The notes under the pieces were generated by a model. The model saw nothing but the letters and a program-made list of their open reading frames with translations. It was not told the origin of the DNA and did no database searches. Source: Aequorivita sp. (GTDB lineage: Bacteria > Bacteroidota > Bacteroidia > Flavobacteriales > Flavobacteriaceae). Taken from it: a stretch of 64,000 bases of DNA. Shown one piece after another: positions 34,202-44,294 of the stretch; positions within the stretch are counted from its first letter, which is position 1, and every line of letters starts with the position of its first letter. The position numbers and the translations under genes are program-made. Location of the stretch: assembly GCA_052105975.1 (NCBI GenBank), contig JBQEAY010000008.1, positions 30,680 through 94,679 on the forward strand, in the 5' to 3' direction.

Positions 34202-35563
34202 CTAAACACTTTCAACATATTCCTTCACCTCTTCAAAATCCAAACCGCCATAATTCCCGCTACTCATCAAAAGCAAACAGGTATCTTCATAACTCTGGGT
34301 AAAAAGATAGGTCTTAAAATCAGCTGGATTCGTGAAAACTACCAAATCATCACGGTCAAAGGCTTCTTCAATTTGTTCACTTTTAATTTCTTCTAACTGT
34401 TTTATCAATACAGCGTGAGGAGAATAGAAAACCACTGCACTGTCCGCAGCATCTAGTGTTCCTTTATATTCCTTTAGAAATTCAGGGTTAAGGCTGCTGT
34501 AAGTATGTAATTCCAAACAAGCAATCAATTTTCTATTTGGATATTGATTTTTAACGGCTTGGGTTGTTGCTCTTACTTTGCTAGGGGAATGCGCATAATC
34601 TTTAAATGCAATGGCAGTATCGGTTTCGGCAATTTTTTCCAAGCGCTTGCTTGCACCTTTAAATGTGGAAATAGCCTCGTAGAAACCATCGATATCTACG
34701 CCCATCAATTGACAGATCCAGCGGGCACCTTCAAGATTGTTTAAGTTGTGCTTTCCAAAGATTTCGACTGGCATGGAACCGTCAGGAGTTTCTAACAGTG
34801 TAGTTCCGTCTTCCACTGAATATTCTGGAGTTTGGTACGGATATTTTTTAATAGGGTTTGTAGCTTCTTCAACAACTCGTTTTACCTCAGCATCTTCTTC
34901 ATTGTAAATTATTGCTCCGCCGTTAGTTATTTCATTCAAGAATATTTCAAACTGCTCCACATAGTTTTCGTAGGTAGGGAAAACATTGATGTGATCCCAA
35001 GCAATGCCACTCAATAAAGCAATGTTTGGTTTATACAGGTGAAACTTAGGCCGGCGATCTATAGGTGAGGACAGATATTCATCACCTTCAATGACCATAA
35101 AGTCATTCTCGTCGGTGATTTTAACCATGGTATCAAATCCTTCCAATTGGGCGCCAACCATATAATCCACATCCTTACCGTGATAGTTCATCACGTGAAG
35201 AATCATTGACGTGATTGTGGTTTTTCCATGTGAACCACCAATAACCACACGAGTTTTATTTTTGGATTGTTCGTAAAGAAATTCGGGATAACTATAAATT
35301 TTTAAATCGAGTTCCTCTGCTTTTAAAAGCTCAGGGTTGTCTGCTTTGGCATGCATCCCAAGGATTACCGCATCGATTTTTGAAGTAATTTTTTCAGGAA
35401 ACCAACCTTCTTCTTCTGGCAATAAACCTTTATTATCTAACCTGGATTTAGAAGGTTCAAAAATTTCGTCATCGCTTCCGGTGACTATATCTCCTTTTTG
35501 ATTTAAGGCTAATGCAAGGTTGTGCATTGCGCTGCCGCCAATTGCTATAAAGTGGATTCTCAT
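34202..35563 (-). CDS. mpl: UDP-N-acetylmuramate:L-alanyl-gamma-D-glutamyl-meso-diaminopimelate ligase (Mur ligase family)
   Basis: 453 aa. MRIHFIAIGGSAMHNLALAL N-terminus and the ATP P-loop GGSHGKTTITSMI. Mur ligase middle and C-terminal domains. Confidence 0.8.
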   Translation of the reverse strand: MRIHFIAIGGSAMHNLALALNQKGDIVTGSDDEIFEPSKSRLDNKGLLPEEEGWFPEKITSKIDAVILGMHAKADNPELLKAEELDLKIYSYPEFLYEQSKNKTRVVIGGSHGKTTITSMILHVMNYHGKDVDYMVGAQLEGFDTMVKITDENDFMVIEGDEYLSSPIDRRPKFHLYKPNIALLSGIAWDHINVFPTYENYVEQFEIFLNEITNGGAIIYNEEDAEVKRVVEEATNPIKKYPYQTPEYSVEDGTTLLETPDGSMPVEIFGKHNLNNLEGARWICQLMGVDIDGFYEAISTFKGASKRLEKIAETDTAIAFKDYAHSPSKVRATTQAVKNQYPNRKLIACLELHTYSSLNPEFLKEYKGTLDAADSAVVFYSPHAVLIKQLEEIKSEQIEEAFDRDDLVVFTNPADFKTYLFTQSYEDTCLLLMSSGNYGGLDFEEVKEYVESV

Positions 35564-35578
35564 ATTTTATCGAGCTTT

Positions 35579-35626
35579 ACCCCCCGACCCTAAAAGGGAT
35601 AGTTTTGCCCCCTTTAGGACTGGGGT
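35579..35626 (-). terminator. GC-rich imperfect palindrome downstream of the TPR gene
   Basis: ACCCCCCGACCCTAAAAGGG ... CCCCCTTTAGGACTGGGGT: a GC-rich inverted repeat in an otherwise AT-rich spacer between 35674 (gene end) and 35563 (mpl start). Confidence 0.5.
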
Positions 35627-35673
35627 ATGAGTTTAAAAAATTTAGATGTAAAGATACTTTTTCTAATTCTTAA

Positions 35674-36648
35674 TTAAAGAGCTAGAATGAGTGATTTTTC
35701 TTTTTCAGCTTCGGGGAAATCATGTTTTGCAGCCAAAGCTTTATTGATCCAAATGAGTGCATTTTCTTTTTCACCGAGGTTTTTATAAATCTGTGCTATA
35801 CGATAATATGCCCATTCCGTAGTCACTCCATCCTCTATAGTATAGTTGGTAATATATTCACGTAAGCAATCAATTCCGTATTGAGGCTCCAATTTGTATT
35901 CGGCACAGATTCTACCTATCTGATAATTTAGTTGGTTGCGTTTATGAAGCTTAAAAGATTTTGAAGCGGTATCAATCGCTTTTCCAGGTTGATTGTTTTT
36001 TTCGTATAAAGCTGTAAGTTTTTCGTAGGTATGTGGAGAACCCCCAACTTCAATCGCTTTTTTATAATAATGCTCAGCATCTTCGGGTCTCTTATCCTGT
36101 TCAGCTATGTATCCATTAGCCAAATAACCATCCACGGGAGAGATTTGACTTAGTTCTTCCGCATATTCCAAGGCTTTCTTTTCACTTCCACCCAAAATTC
36201 CGGGTAATTCTATATAAAACTGTATCAAGGCCCACCGCGCATCTATATGCTTGGGATCTAACTTTGCAGCCATTTCTAATTGATGCTTTATATCTCCAAT
36301 ATAAGTCAACGCCCAAATTTTATTAACGGTCATTGCTTTCATTCCCATTGCGCCACCATATTTAAAATGGTAATCGGCATTGGTTTCATCTTCTTCGACT
36401 AAATCTTTATAATAGGAAATTGCAGTATCCCAGTCTGCAGCGTAAGCCGCAATATCTCCAAGATATTCCTGGGTTTTTTCGTCGTTTGGATGTTGTTTTA
36501 AATAAGCCTCAAAGACGGGTTTTGCCTTTTTGAAATCTTTCTGTTTAAAATAATCCTCAGCTTGTTGATATTTGGTTTGGCCCGCTACAATAAGCGGAAG
36601 CAGAAAAAGAATAAAAGTTATATTTCTGAAGATATGGTGATTATTCAC
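35674..36648 (-). CDS. TPR-repeat protein (secreted)
   Basis: 324 aa. Signal-like N-terminus and multiple TPR motifs (..AEDYFKQKDFKKAKPVFEAYLKQHPND.., ..AYYRIAQIYKNLGEKENALIWINKALA..). Confidence 0.6.
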   Translation of the reverse strand: MNNHHIFRNITFILFLLPLIVAGQTKYQQAEDYFKQKDFKKAKPVFEAYLKQHPNDEKTQEYLGDIAAYAADWDTAISYYKDLVEEDETNADYHFKYGGAMGMKAMTVNKIWALTYIGDIKHQLEMAAKLDPKHIDARWALIQFYIELPGILGGSEKKALEYAEELSQISPVDGYLANGYIAEQDKRPEDAEHYYKKAIEVGGSPHTYEKLTALYEKNNQPGKAIDTASKSFKLHKRNQLNYQIGRICAEYKLEPQYGIDCLREYITNYTIEDGVTTEWAYYRIAQIYKNLGEKENALIWINKALAAKHDFPEAEKEKSLILAL

Positions 36649-36760
36649 GGTTCACGATTTTCTTTTAGTTCTTCCTTTGAACAAAGAGGAGGAACTTGAT
36701 AGTATCTTGTTTATTTGCCAAAATTCCAGCAAATACATATTGGTAACTGCAACTGTTTAC

Positions 36761-37279
36761 TTATTTCTTTGGAGGATATTTAGCCAAAATTTTCTCGATA
36801 ACCGAAATATAATAAGATTCCTTCTGATGTGGATTTGCCCGTTCTTTCATTTCGCCTTCTACTATGGCCTGCCACACTAGATCGTCTTTTTGAACATCGA
36901 TAAAATCAAGAGTTAATCGTTGATTGATTATATTTCCTCCAATGGGAATACCTCCACTAACGCCAATACCACCACTACGACCACCACCACCAATACCAAT
37001 CCCGAGGGTGTTTCTCGAACTTGAAACATGCTCACGTGCATAAAAGTTTATAAAGAATTGTGGGGTTTTACTTTTTACAAATCCGCGTTGTTGTAACAAA
37101 CTGTCCGTAATATGAATTATTCGGTTGTCATCCAATTCGCTAAGACCAGAATCTATAGTAGGATAATAATTATAGGAATTGTATTTTGAAAAATCTACTT
37201 GTTTGTCATAATCTACATTTACAGTGGCACCGCAGGAAACCAAGAATATAGATAACACTAAGATTGACAGTAACTTCAT
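36761..37279 (-). CDS. DUF4136-like lipoprotein
   Basis: The internal ATG (MKLLSILVLSIFLVSCGA) gives a lipobox. ..VNVDYDKQVDFSKYNSYNY.. and a Gly-rich loop match my recollection of DUF4136. Confidence 0.55.
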   Translation of the reverse strand: MKLLSILVLSIFLVSCGATVNVDYDKQVDFSKYNSYNYYPTIDSGLSELDDNRIIHITDSLLQQRGFVKSKTPQFFINFYAREHVSSSRNTLGIGIGGGGRSGGIGVSGGIPIGGNIINQRLTLDFIDVQKDDLVWQAIVEGEMKERANPHQKESYYISVIEKILAKYPPKK

Positions 37280-37482
37280 TGCATCTTTATTTTCATTAAA
37301 AATACGCAAAAAAGATGTTTTTCGTTTTGGGCTTGATTATTCTTTAACAATTTTCCAAAAAGTTTAGAATTCCGAAATTACAATCAGGAAAAGATATTTT
37401 AACCGAATTAGCATTAATCCAAAAAGTTTGGACCTTAGTTTATCAAAAGGATTAATACAGAAACCTACCTAATAATTGATAA

Positions 37483-38481
37483 TTAATTAAGCATCTTCCA
37501 AAGTTTATCCTTAAGCTCAGTCAAGCCTTGATGTGCAACGGAAGAAATAAACATATATGGAATATCTTTAAACTTTTTGTCCAATTCCTCCTTCATCTCT
37601 GCTTTTAGTTCATCATCAAGCATATCGCTTTTAGAGATTGCGACTAAGCGTTCTTTATCCAAGAGTTGTGGGTTGTAGCGGCGTAATTCGTCTACTAATA
37701 TTTCATACTGTTCCTTGATATCTGGTGCATCGGCTGGAACGAGAAACAACAAAGTAGAGTTTCTTTCAATATGACGAAGAAAACGATGACCAATCCCTTT
37801 ACCTTCTGCAGCTCCCTCGATTATTCCAGGGATATCGGCGACTACAAAAGTTTTAAAATCTCTGTATTTTACTATCCCAAGATTGGGCTTTAATGTAGTA
37901 AATTCATAATTGGCAATCTTGGGTTTAGCTGCAGTAATAACTGAAAGTAAGGTGGATTTTCCAGCATTTGGAAATCCAACTAAACCTACATCGGCGAGTA
38001 TTTTAAGTTCGACAATAATATCTATTTCCTCTCCTTCCTCACCTGGCTGAGAATAGCGTGGAGTTTGGTTAGTTGAAGTTTTAAAATGAGCATTTCCCAA
38101 TCCTCCACGACCACCTTGAGCTACTATTTTTTCTTCACCATCTTCGGTTAGTTCAAATAGAATTTCTTCAGTTTCCTTATCGCGAATAACCGTACCAAGT
38201 GGCACTTCAATATAAACATCGGCACCATCTGCACCTGTGCTAGTCTGTTTACTACCAGCGCTACCGTGTTCCGCCTTAAAATGCCTTTTAAATTTAAGAT
38301 GATAGAGCGTCCAAAGGTTTTTGTCTGCTTTTATGATTACGTGTCCACCGCGACCACCATCACCACCGTCTGGCCCACCTTTTGGAATATATTTTTCCCG
38401 TCGCATGTGCTTACTGCCCTGTCCTCCCTTTCCGGAAGTAATATGAACCTTTACGTAATCTACAAAATTGCCTTCAGTCAC
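37483..38481 (-). CDS. obg: GTPase Obg/CgtA
   Basis: 332 aa. Gly-rich Obg fold ([20 protein letters not shown]) and GTPase motifs [13 protein letters not shown] and SKSD. Confidence 0.95.
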   Translation of the reverse strand: MTEGNFVDYVKVHITSGKGGQGSKHMRREKYIPKGGPDGGDGGRGGHVIIKADKNLWTLYHLKFKRHFKAEHGSAGSKQTSTGADGADVYIEVPLGTVIRDKETEEILFELTEDGEEKIVAQGGRGGLGNAHFKTSTNQTPRYSQPGEEGEEIDIIVELKILADVGLVGFPNAGKSTLLSVITAAKPKIANYEFTTLKPNLGIVKYRDFKTFVVADIPGIIEGAAEGKGIGHRFLRHIERNSTLLFLVPADAPDIKEQYEILVDELRRYNPQLLDKERLVAISKSDMLDDELKAEMKEELDKKFKDIPYMFISSVAHQGLTELKDKLWKMLN

Positions 38482-38614
38482 CTTTTTTATTGTTTATTAC
38501 TGATTTATATTATTTATTTCTTATTTCTATTATTTATTGTTCCGATTTGTTTCTTAACTTCCAAAAATGGATTTTAAGGAAATTTAATCAAAATTTCTAT
38601 TCACTAATTAATCT

Positions 38615-38631
38615 CCTCCCCCTCGGGGAGG
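38615..38631 (-). terminator. GC-rich hairpin immediately after the adk stop
   Basis: CCTCCCC ctc GGGGAGG (7-bp stem), part of the GC-rich block CTCCTCCCCCTCGGGGAGGTTGGGAGGGGA adjoining the adk stop codon (38643-38645). No clear U-tract. Confidence 0.45.
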
Positions 38632-38642
38632 TTGGGAGGGGA

Positions 38643-39215
38643 CTATAAACTGTCTATTACTTTATTTAGTCGTTCCGTAATTTCTTCAATACTTCCTACT
38701 CCGTCAACACCGTAATACATGTCTTTTTTCTGATAATAACCTTTTAAAATAGCAGTTTCGTTATAATATACTTTAATACGATTTCTGATAATACTTTCCT
38801 CGGCATCATCTGCTCTACCACTAGTTTTCCCTCTTTCTAGGAGACGTTGTACCAATACTTCGTCATCTACTTCCAAAGCCACCATTGCATCAATTTTAGT
38901 GTCTTTATCATCCATTAAATGGTCAAGAGCCTCTGCTTGTGCTTCTGTTCTTGGGAAACCATCTAAAATAAAGCCATTGGCATCAGCATTTTTGTCGAGC
39001 TCATTGCTCAGCATATCAATGGTGATTTCGTCTGGCACCAATTTTCCTTTTGCCATAAAGGATTTAGCAAGATTACCAAGCTCTGTTTCATTTTTGATAT
39101 TATATCTAAAAACGTCGCCAGTAGATATATGTACTAGGTTGTATTTCTCTTTTAGGAAGTTAGCTTGAGTACCTTTTCCTGCACCTGGGGGGCCGAACAA
39201 AATAATATTGGTCAT
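38643..39215 (-). CDS. adk: Adenylate kinase
   Basis: 190 aa. P-loop GPPGAGKGTQ and short-LID type. ..ISTGD.FR.. and ..GFILDGFPRT.. Confidence 0.95.
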   Translation of the reverse strand: MTNIILFGPPGAGKGTQANFLKEKYNLVHISTGDVFRYNIKNETELGNLAKSFMAKGKLVPDEITIDMLSNELDKNADANGFILDGFPRTEAQAEALDHLMDDKDTKIDAMVALEVDDEVLVQRLLERGKTSGRADDAEESIIRNRIKVYYNETAILKGYYQKKDMYYGVDGVGSIEEITERLNKVIDSL

Positions 39216-39276
39216 GTTGAGTGTGTATTTTTTGGTGTTGGTTGAAAAAATGAAGTTGCAAATTTACGAAAATTTA

Positions 39277-39321
39277 ATTCGGGATTTGTTGATTCGGAAT
39301 TTGTTAATTTGGATTTTGTTT
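39277..39321. repeat. Three tandem 15-nt repeats in the adk upstream spacer
   Basis: ATTCGGGATTTGTTG / ATTCGGAATTTGTTA / ATTTGGATTTTGTTT. Confidence 0.7.
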
Positions 39322-39329
39322 TTTAGACC

Positions 39330-39674
39330 CTAGCGTCTTATTAAAAATCGAATTACATCCATTGGTTCTTCTACTTCTATCACTAGCATTTTATAATATT
39401 CATCGCGAAGTTCAACCACAATGCTGTTTTTATAATTCATTACATCACAAAAGACAACCTTATCTTGGATATAATATGTTCCTGCTGAAATAACTCCTGG
39501 AAGTCCTGTGCCAAATAGTCTAAGACCCGGTATAAAATTCAGTTGTTGTTCGTTTGGATAAGCGTCGACCACATTGGCCATCGGAATAATGAGCTTGTTT
39601 GTGAAAGTCCAGATTTTATGCCATCCAACGACTTCGAAAACAAAATTATTATCATCTGTTTCTATTCTAACCAT
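39330..39674 (-). CDS. Hypothetical protein (114 aa)
   Basis: Intact ORF with an ATG start. Beta-rich and possibly PH-like. No family recognised. Confidence 0.45.
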   Translation of the reverse strand: MVRIETDDNNFVFEVVGWHKIWTFTNKLIIPMANVVDAYPNEQQLNFIPGLRLFGTGLPGVISAGTYYIQDKVVFCDVMNYKNSIVVELRDEYYKMLVIEVEEPMDVIRFLIRR

Positions 39675-39805
39675 GGACTAATCATTTACTCAAAAACCCT
39701 GTTTCCAAACTCGTTTTAAACCTTCATAATTGGTTTTAGGGCTTTTACAAATATAAATAGTATGCCATAAATCCTTTTCAAAATTGGCTTTAAACTATAA
39801 ATCTC

Positions 39806-40120
39806 TTATGCAACAATACCAACCGTTTTATACAGGAAATTTATCAGGGAATTCCATATTTTTTCTAACGTAACCATCAAAATTCCTTTCAGAGTATTTA
39901 TAAAGTTGAGTGCCATGGCTTCTAGTCCGTTCATAAAAAACTCGCGGAGATCTTCATCTATATCACCCTTTGCAATTCCCTGTTGTATAACATCTGTTTG
40001 AATGGCAATAGCCTCCAACTGTCGTTCACTAAACCCATTGACTTCGGAAATATCTTTTTCTAAAATACCTGAAACGATACTTTTAATTTCGGTAATAATA
40101 TTTCTCACATTATCATCCAT
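39806..40120 (-). CDS. Hypothetical acidic helical protein (104 aa)
   Basis: Intact ORF. Predicted all-helical and acidic. No family recognised. Confidence 0.4.
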   Translation of the reverse strand: MDDNVRNIITEIKSIVSGILEKDISEVNGFSERQLEAIAIQTDVIQQGIAKGDIDEDLREFFMNGLEAMALNFINTLKGILMVTLEKIWNSLINFLYKTVGIVA

Positions 40121-40192
40121 AGCTTATCGTTTTAAGAAACTTTCATAAGTAATTGCTTGGTCCAGAAAGATTTCTACTTGTCCCTTAAAAGC

Positions 40193-40621
40193 CTAAATTG
40201 CCAAAGGTTTTATATCTTTTTCTCTATCGATTTTCTTCATTCTCCGGAACGTGTTGGCTATCTGTTCAAAGGCGAAGGCACTAGGATAATCATCCGTTAT
40301 GGCAGAACTTCCCTTTTCTTGAAGTAGTGTGTTTATTTTATCCAATGCTATGTTTTTTGGCACTGGTCGAGCTTTTGCTTGTAATTTTAATGATTCAAAA
40401 GCACCTATCAATTTATTATAAGTGGTTTGCCGACTATAAAAGTTATCGCTGTGGGTTCCCCCATCAACCTCAGCAAAAAACTGCATTGCCAGCTCGGTAC
40501 TTTCTGTTACTTTTTGAACAATTGCCTGATCGTAAGCAGGTGCCAAAGCAGCGTGACAGCCCAGCAATAGAACTGCACTTAAAAGTGTTAAAAACGATAA
40601 GCGGATTTGGGTAGATTTCAT
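40193..40621 (-). CDS. Hypothetical lipoprotein (142 aa)
   Basis: Lipobox LLLGCHAA. Helical. No family recognised. Confidence 0.45.
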   Translation of the reverse strand: MKSTQIRLSFLTLLSAVLLLGCHAALAPAYDQAIVQKVTESTELAMQFFAEVDGGTHSDNFYSRQTTYNKLIGAFESLKLQAKARPVPKNIALDKINTLLQEKGSSAITDDYPSAFAFEQIANTFRRMKKIDREKDIKPLAI

Positions 40622-40701
40622 TACTACAAATACTTAATAAACACTAAGTTAATTATTTATAGGCAACTGAAAATCAATAATCATGATTTTTTTACAAAAT
40701 C

Positions 40702-42126
40702 CTAGCTTGTAGATTTTTTGATATAGGCAGAAGGCGTAAGGCCAGTAACTTCTTTAAAAGCTGTGGTAAAACTACTCTGTGAGGCAAAACCACTTTCTTT
40801 GGCTAAATAACTAATTTTATAACTTAGATATTTCGGATCGGATTGTAACTTATCAAGGATATATTGAATACGGAGGGAATTGATATAGTTATTAAAGGTT
40901 TTGTCCTTTGCTGAGTTGATTATAGACGACAGATAACGCGTGTTGGTATCCAATTGCTTGGCCAAGGTGGCAATACGCATCTGTTTATCAAGAAATAACT
41001 CTGACTTTTCAAATTTTTTGAGCTTTTTCAAAATTTCTTCTTCTGTCTTATCCGAAATAACAATCCCTTTGGAAGCGTCTTCTTCTATAGGTTTTATATT
41101 TTTCTTTTTTGAATAAAATTTATAACCCACATAAAATAACAAGAGAAAACACAGGAAAAAAACAACCACTATCGTTCGTTTTTCTTCGGATTTATTTTTC
41201 GCAATAGCATCTGTTTTCTTCTGTCGATAAATATGTTGAAGCAATGCTACTTTTGCCTGTCGCTTCTCCAAATGCAACTCCTTCTCTGCTGTATTTAGTT
41301 GCTTTTGAAAATATATCAAACTATCCGTGTCCACTTTATTCTCCCTAAAATCGATGGCGTTGTTTAAAAGAATCAATCGCAAACTCTTGTCAAATAAATC
41401 ACGATTGGAGCTCTCTTGTATCATGCTATCCGCAATCATTTTAGAATCCAACATTTGAGAATAAACCCCAGCCGATTTATAAAGTGAGGATGTACTATCA
41501 ATTTTACTGAGTTTATTAAAATAACTCTTTGCCGAATCTTTTTGAACGTGATAATAGTGTGTTCCTATTTGATATTGAAGCCAGGGTTTGCGAACATCAT
41601 CCCGATCCATCTTTTTTAGGATGTTTTTTAATCTGAATGCCTCGGCACCATGTGATGTGTCATCCTCATATTTATTCGATAGAAGCTGCAAATCAATAAA
41701 ATATTTTTTTTGAGCTTCCAAAGAAAGCTGATTATAATTATGTTGCGCTTTCTCCAATAACTTTTTACCTTCCATATTAAGATCCAAATCACTGTAAAGG
41801 ATGGCAATTTCTTTCCAATATTCAAATTTCAAATCTGGATTTGATACTTGTTCTACATCACTTTTTATTTTTTGAGATAGCGTCACACCTTCTTGATATC
41901 TCTCCAACAAGCGGTTAATTTGTATTTTTTTTATTTCAATGGCAATGGACTCTTCTCTATTACTGTTTGTAAGCAAATAATCATAGAGTTTGAGTGATTT
42001 GAGCGGATCCTTGAAGCGACTTTGATCGGCTTCGGTAAATAGTCTTTCTCTTTCTGAATTCTGGGAATAGCTCAACGTATAACTCAGAATTAAAAGTAGA
42101 AAGAATAAAAGAAATCTGAATTTCAT
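40702..42126 (-). CDS. Membrane-anchored AraC-family regulator with N-terminal extracytoplasmic TPR-like domain
   Basis: 474 aa. Signal sequence, a ~300-aa helical repeat domain and a TM helix (VVVFFLCFLLLFYVGYKFY). C-terminal AraC HTH (..YLAKESGFASQSSFTTAFKEVTGLTPSAYIKK). Confidence 0.75.
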   Translation of the reverse strand: MKFRFLLFFLLLILSYTLSYSQNSERERLFTEADQSRFKDPLKSLKLYDYLLTNSNREESIAIEIKKIQINRLLERYQEGVTLSQKIKSDVEQVSNPDLKFEYWKEIAILYSDLDLNMEGKKLLEKAQHNYNQLSLEAQKKYFIDLQLLSNKYEDDTSHGAEAFRLKNILKKMDRDDVRKPWLQYQIGTHYYHVQKDSAKSYFNKLSKIDSTSSLYKSAGVYSQMLDSKMIADSMIQESSNRDLFDKSLRLILLNNAIDFRENKVDTDSLIYFQKQLNTAEKELHLEKRQAKVALLQHIYRQKKTDAIAKNKSEEKRTIVVVFFLCFLLLFYVGYKFYSKKKNIKPIEEDASKGIVISDKTEEEILKKLKKFEKSELFLDKQMRIATLAKQLDTNTRYLSSIINSAKDKTFNNYINSLRIQYILDKLQSDPKYLSYKISYLAKESGFASQSSFTTAFKEVTGLTPSAYIKKSTS

Positions 42127-42190
42127 AAGCCCCTTTGTTCGGAACTACAAAACTACATCTTTTTAGCAAGGCTGCTCTTTTGCAATTTCA

Positions 42191-42229
42191 TAAAAAAACT
42201 CCCCAATCATATTCAGATTGGGGAGTTTT
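42191..42229 (-). terminator. Rho-independent terminator after the T9SS cargo gene
   Basis: The minus strand reads AAAACTCCCCAATC tgaatat GATTGGGGAGTTTT followed by TTTTTA. The core stem is a perfect 12 bp. Confidence 0.85.
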
Positions 42230-42266
42230 GCAAACAAAGTAAAATGAACAATTAATCGTGGGAATA

Positions 42267-44294
42267 TTACTTTTTAATGAATTTTACCTGCTGCGAGGTT
42301 CCGTTTTCCATAGTAACTTTTGCAATGTATAATCCAGTTGCCAAGGCAGATACATCTATGCTTTCATCTGTGGCGCCTAAAGTTTTATTGATTAAAAGGT
42401 TACCAGCTAAACTGTATACCTCAATGGATTTTGTTGCAATACTCGCTTTTATATTTACGAAATCAGAAGTTGGATTCGGATATAAAGCAAACTGGGTAGT
42501 TTCAGTTGGTGTTTCAACTCCTAAAACGGTTTCTAGAGGCAGTCTATAAAAATCTGTTAGTAGTTGGTCATTACCGGTTTCATATTGAATCGTCATTTTA
42601 TTAAAGTTACCGTTTCCATCTGTAAGGAAAGTAGAGCCAATAATATTCCCTATACCAGTATCTCCTCTAAATTCTACTAGATAATCTTCAGTATCTTTTG
42701 AAATAACCAAGTTGTTAAAAACAGAACCAGTTGGTTCCATTTCTTTGTATAAATACATATAATACAACTCGTTATCGTCAACAAAAAGATTAGGAATTAG
42801 CGCATAACGCGTAAGAATAGGTTGAAAAAGAATCACGTCATCAGGCAAAAGAAACCTTTGTCTATTATAAAGAGAACCATCTCTTTCATATTCGTTTACA
42901 ACCCCATAAATATTGCCATTCTCTTCATCCGGCTCACCCAAACCTATAACAAAATGATAAGAATCGTCTTTTGGAATTCTATTGAAATCACTTGATAGTC
43001 GATCATCATTATGGATTGCTTCAAAATTGTATTCAAATTCCCAGCTCTCAATATTGAAAAATGCCAAGTTTGTAGCCTCTCCATTTTCTCCCATCAAGAA
43101 GCCCAATTGGTTGTCTTGACCTTCTATGCTGTTCATTTCTTTAAAGCTATCAATGATGTATTCATTAAGCTCGTGAATCATTTCGCCATCTTCATTAGCA
43201 ACCATATAAGTACTCCACTCCGTGTCGTTAATCATATCGTAATAATAGATTCCATAAGTCACCTCCAATTTACTATCAGTATTAAAGATATCACTAGAAA
43301 TATCGTAGGACTGGTCTCTATAAAAAGATCCGAAATCGGCCATTGGAATCACAAATTCTCCAGCGTCTGGATATCTGGTGTCGATATCTAAGGCCATAGT
43401 TTTAACTTCTTCCAAATTATAATCCAGTAATTTGATCATTAAATTATTGTCTGGAAAAACTTCAAAAGTCATATTATCCATAAACAAGTGTTTGTAATGG
43501 GCCAACGCAATATATTCTTCACCATCTACCGTAATATAATTGAGTGGAGAACCTGAAAAGAAAATTAACAATTCTGAATCGAATGTATATGTGTCCACTG
43601 TTTCCCAAGTAGAAACATCTATTGAATTTATGGATACCGTTGTATCATCATCAAAATAGGTAAACAATTTGTGATTGCCAGCTGCATCAATCTTAGCTTC
43701 AGCAGCGAACCCGGTCAATTTTTCAAGAATTTCACCATTACTGTTTACAACCCAAACTTCCCAAATTTGATCGTCTGGACCTGGATTATCACCTTGAAAA
43801 TAATGCACATAAACCATAAACTCAGCATAACCATCATTGCTGAAGAAATTGGACGAGTAGTGGTTCATCATTTCTACCTGATTGGCGGATTCGGGCACCT
43901 CTATCGAAAAACTTTCCACGACTTCAATATCATCGTCGTAGGATTTTATATTGAAATCATTACCTATGCGTTCCGAAGAAAAAAGAATTTCTCCGTCGGT
44001 CTCTATATTTTTTATTACACCCCATCGCGCTATGTCTATTTGAGCAAAAGACTCTATTTCGTCCATAACACGTCCGGCAGTATTTCCAGAAGCTGCGGCG
44101 CCATTGTTGCTTTCAAATGGAGAACCAATGGATTTTGGTCTGTTAAGAGACTTTAAATCGAACTGTTTAAAAGCACGGGAAGATTTGTTAGTTATTTTAA
44201 TTGTGTTTTCATCCTGCGTCGGAGTTTCCGTACTTTGTGAAACTGCAGCTGCAAAACTGAAGAGAAGTGATACAAGTAATAATTTCAATTTCAT
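42267..44294 (-). CDS. Secreted protein with T9SS C-terminal sorting domain, N-terminal region unknown
   Basis: 675 aa. Signal peptide. The C-terminal ~80 aa (..ALYPNPTSDFVNIKA....IEVYSLAGNLL......IDVSALATGLYIAKV...G..QQVKFIKK) is typical of a type A T9SS CTD. Confidence 0.75.
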   Translation of the reverse strand: MKLKLLLVSLLFSFAAAVSQSTETPTQDENTIKITNKSSRAFKQFDLKSLNRPKSIGSPFESNNGAAASGNTAGRVMDEIESFAQIDIARWGVIKNIETDGEILFSSERIGNDFNIKSYDDDIEVVESFSIEVPESANQVEMMNHYSSNFFSNDGYAEFMVYVHYFQGDNPGPDDQIWEVWVVNSNGEILEKLTGFAAEAKIDAAGNHKLFTYFDDDTTVSINSIDVSTWETVDTYTFDSELLIFFSGSPLNYITVDGEEYIALAHYKHLFMDNMTFEVFPDNNLMIKLLDYNLEEVKTMALDIDTRYPDAGEFVIPMADFGSFYRDQSYDISSDIFNTDSKLEVTYGIYYYDMINDTEWSTYMVANEDGEMIHELNEYIIDSFKEMNSIEGQDNQLGFLMGENGEATNLAFFNIESWEFEYNFEAIHNDDRLSSDFNRIPKDDSYHFVIGLGEPDEENGNIYGVVNEYERDGSLYNRQRFLLPDDVILFQPILTRYALIPNLFVDDNELYYMYLYKEMEPTGSVFNNLVISKDTEDYLVEFRGDTGIGNIIGSTFLTDGNGNFNKMTIQYETGNDQLLTDFYRLPLETVLGVETPTETTQFALYPNPTSDFVNIKASIATKSIEVYSLAGNLLINKTLGATDESIDVSALATGLYIAKVTMENGTSQQVKFIKK

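Noticed and set aside
36677-36880. Plus-strand ORFs 36677-36880 and 38266-38577 (also 38899-39168, 40327-40614, 46073-46318, 47120-47305, 49211-49567, 49749-49955 and 50312-50623).
   Set aside because: Each overlaps a better-supported minus-strand gene (DUF4136, obg, adk, lipoprotein, Dph6-like, serine hydrolase, thioredoxin, thioesterase) and has no features of its own.
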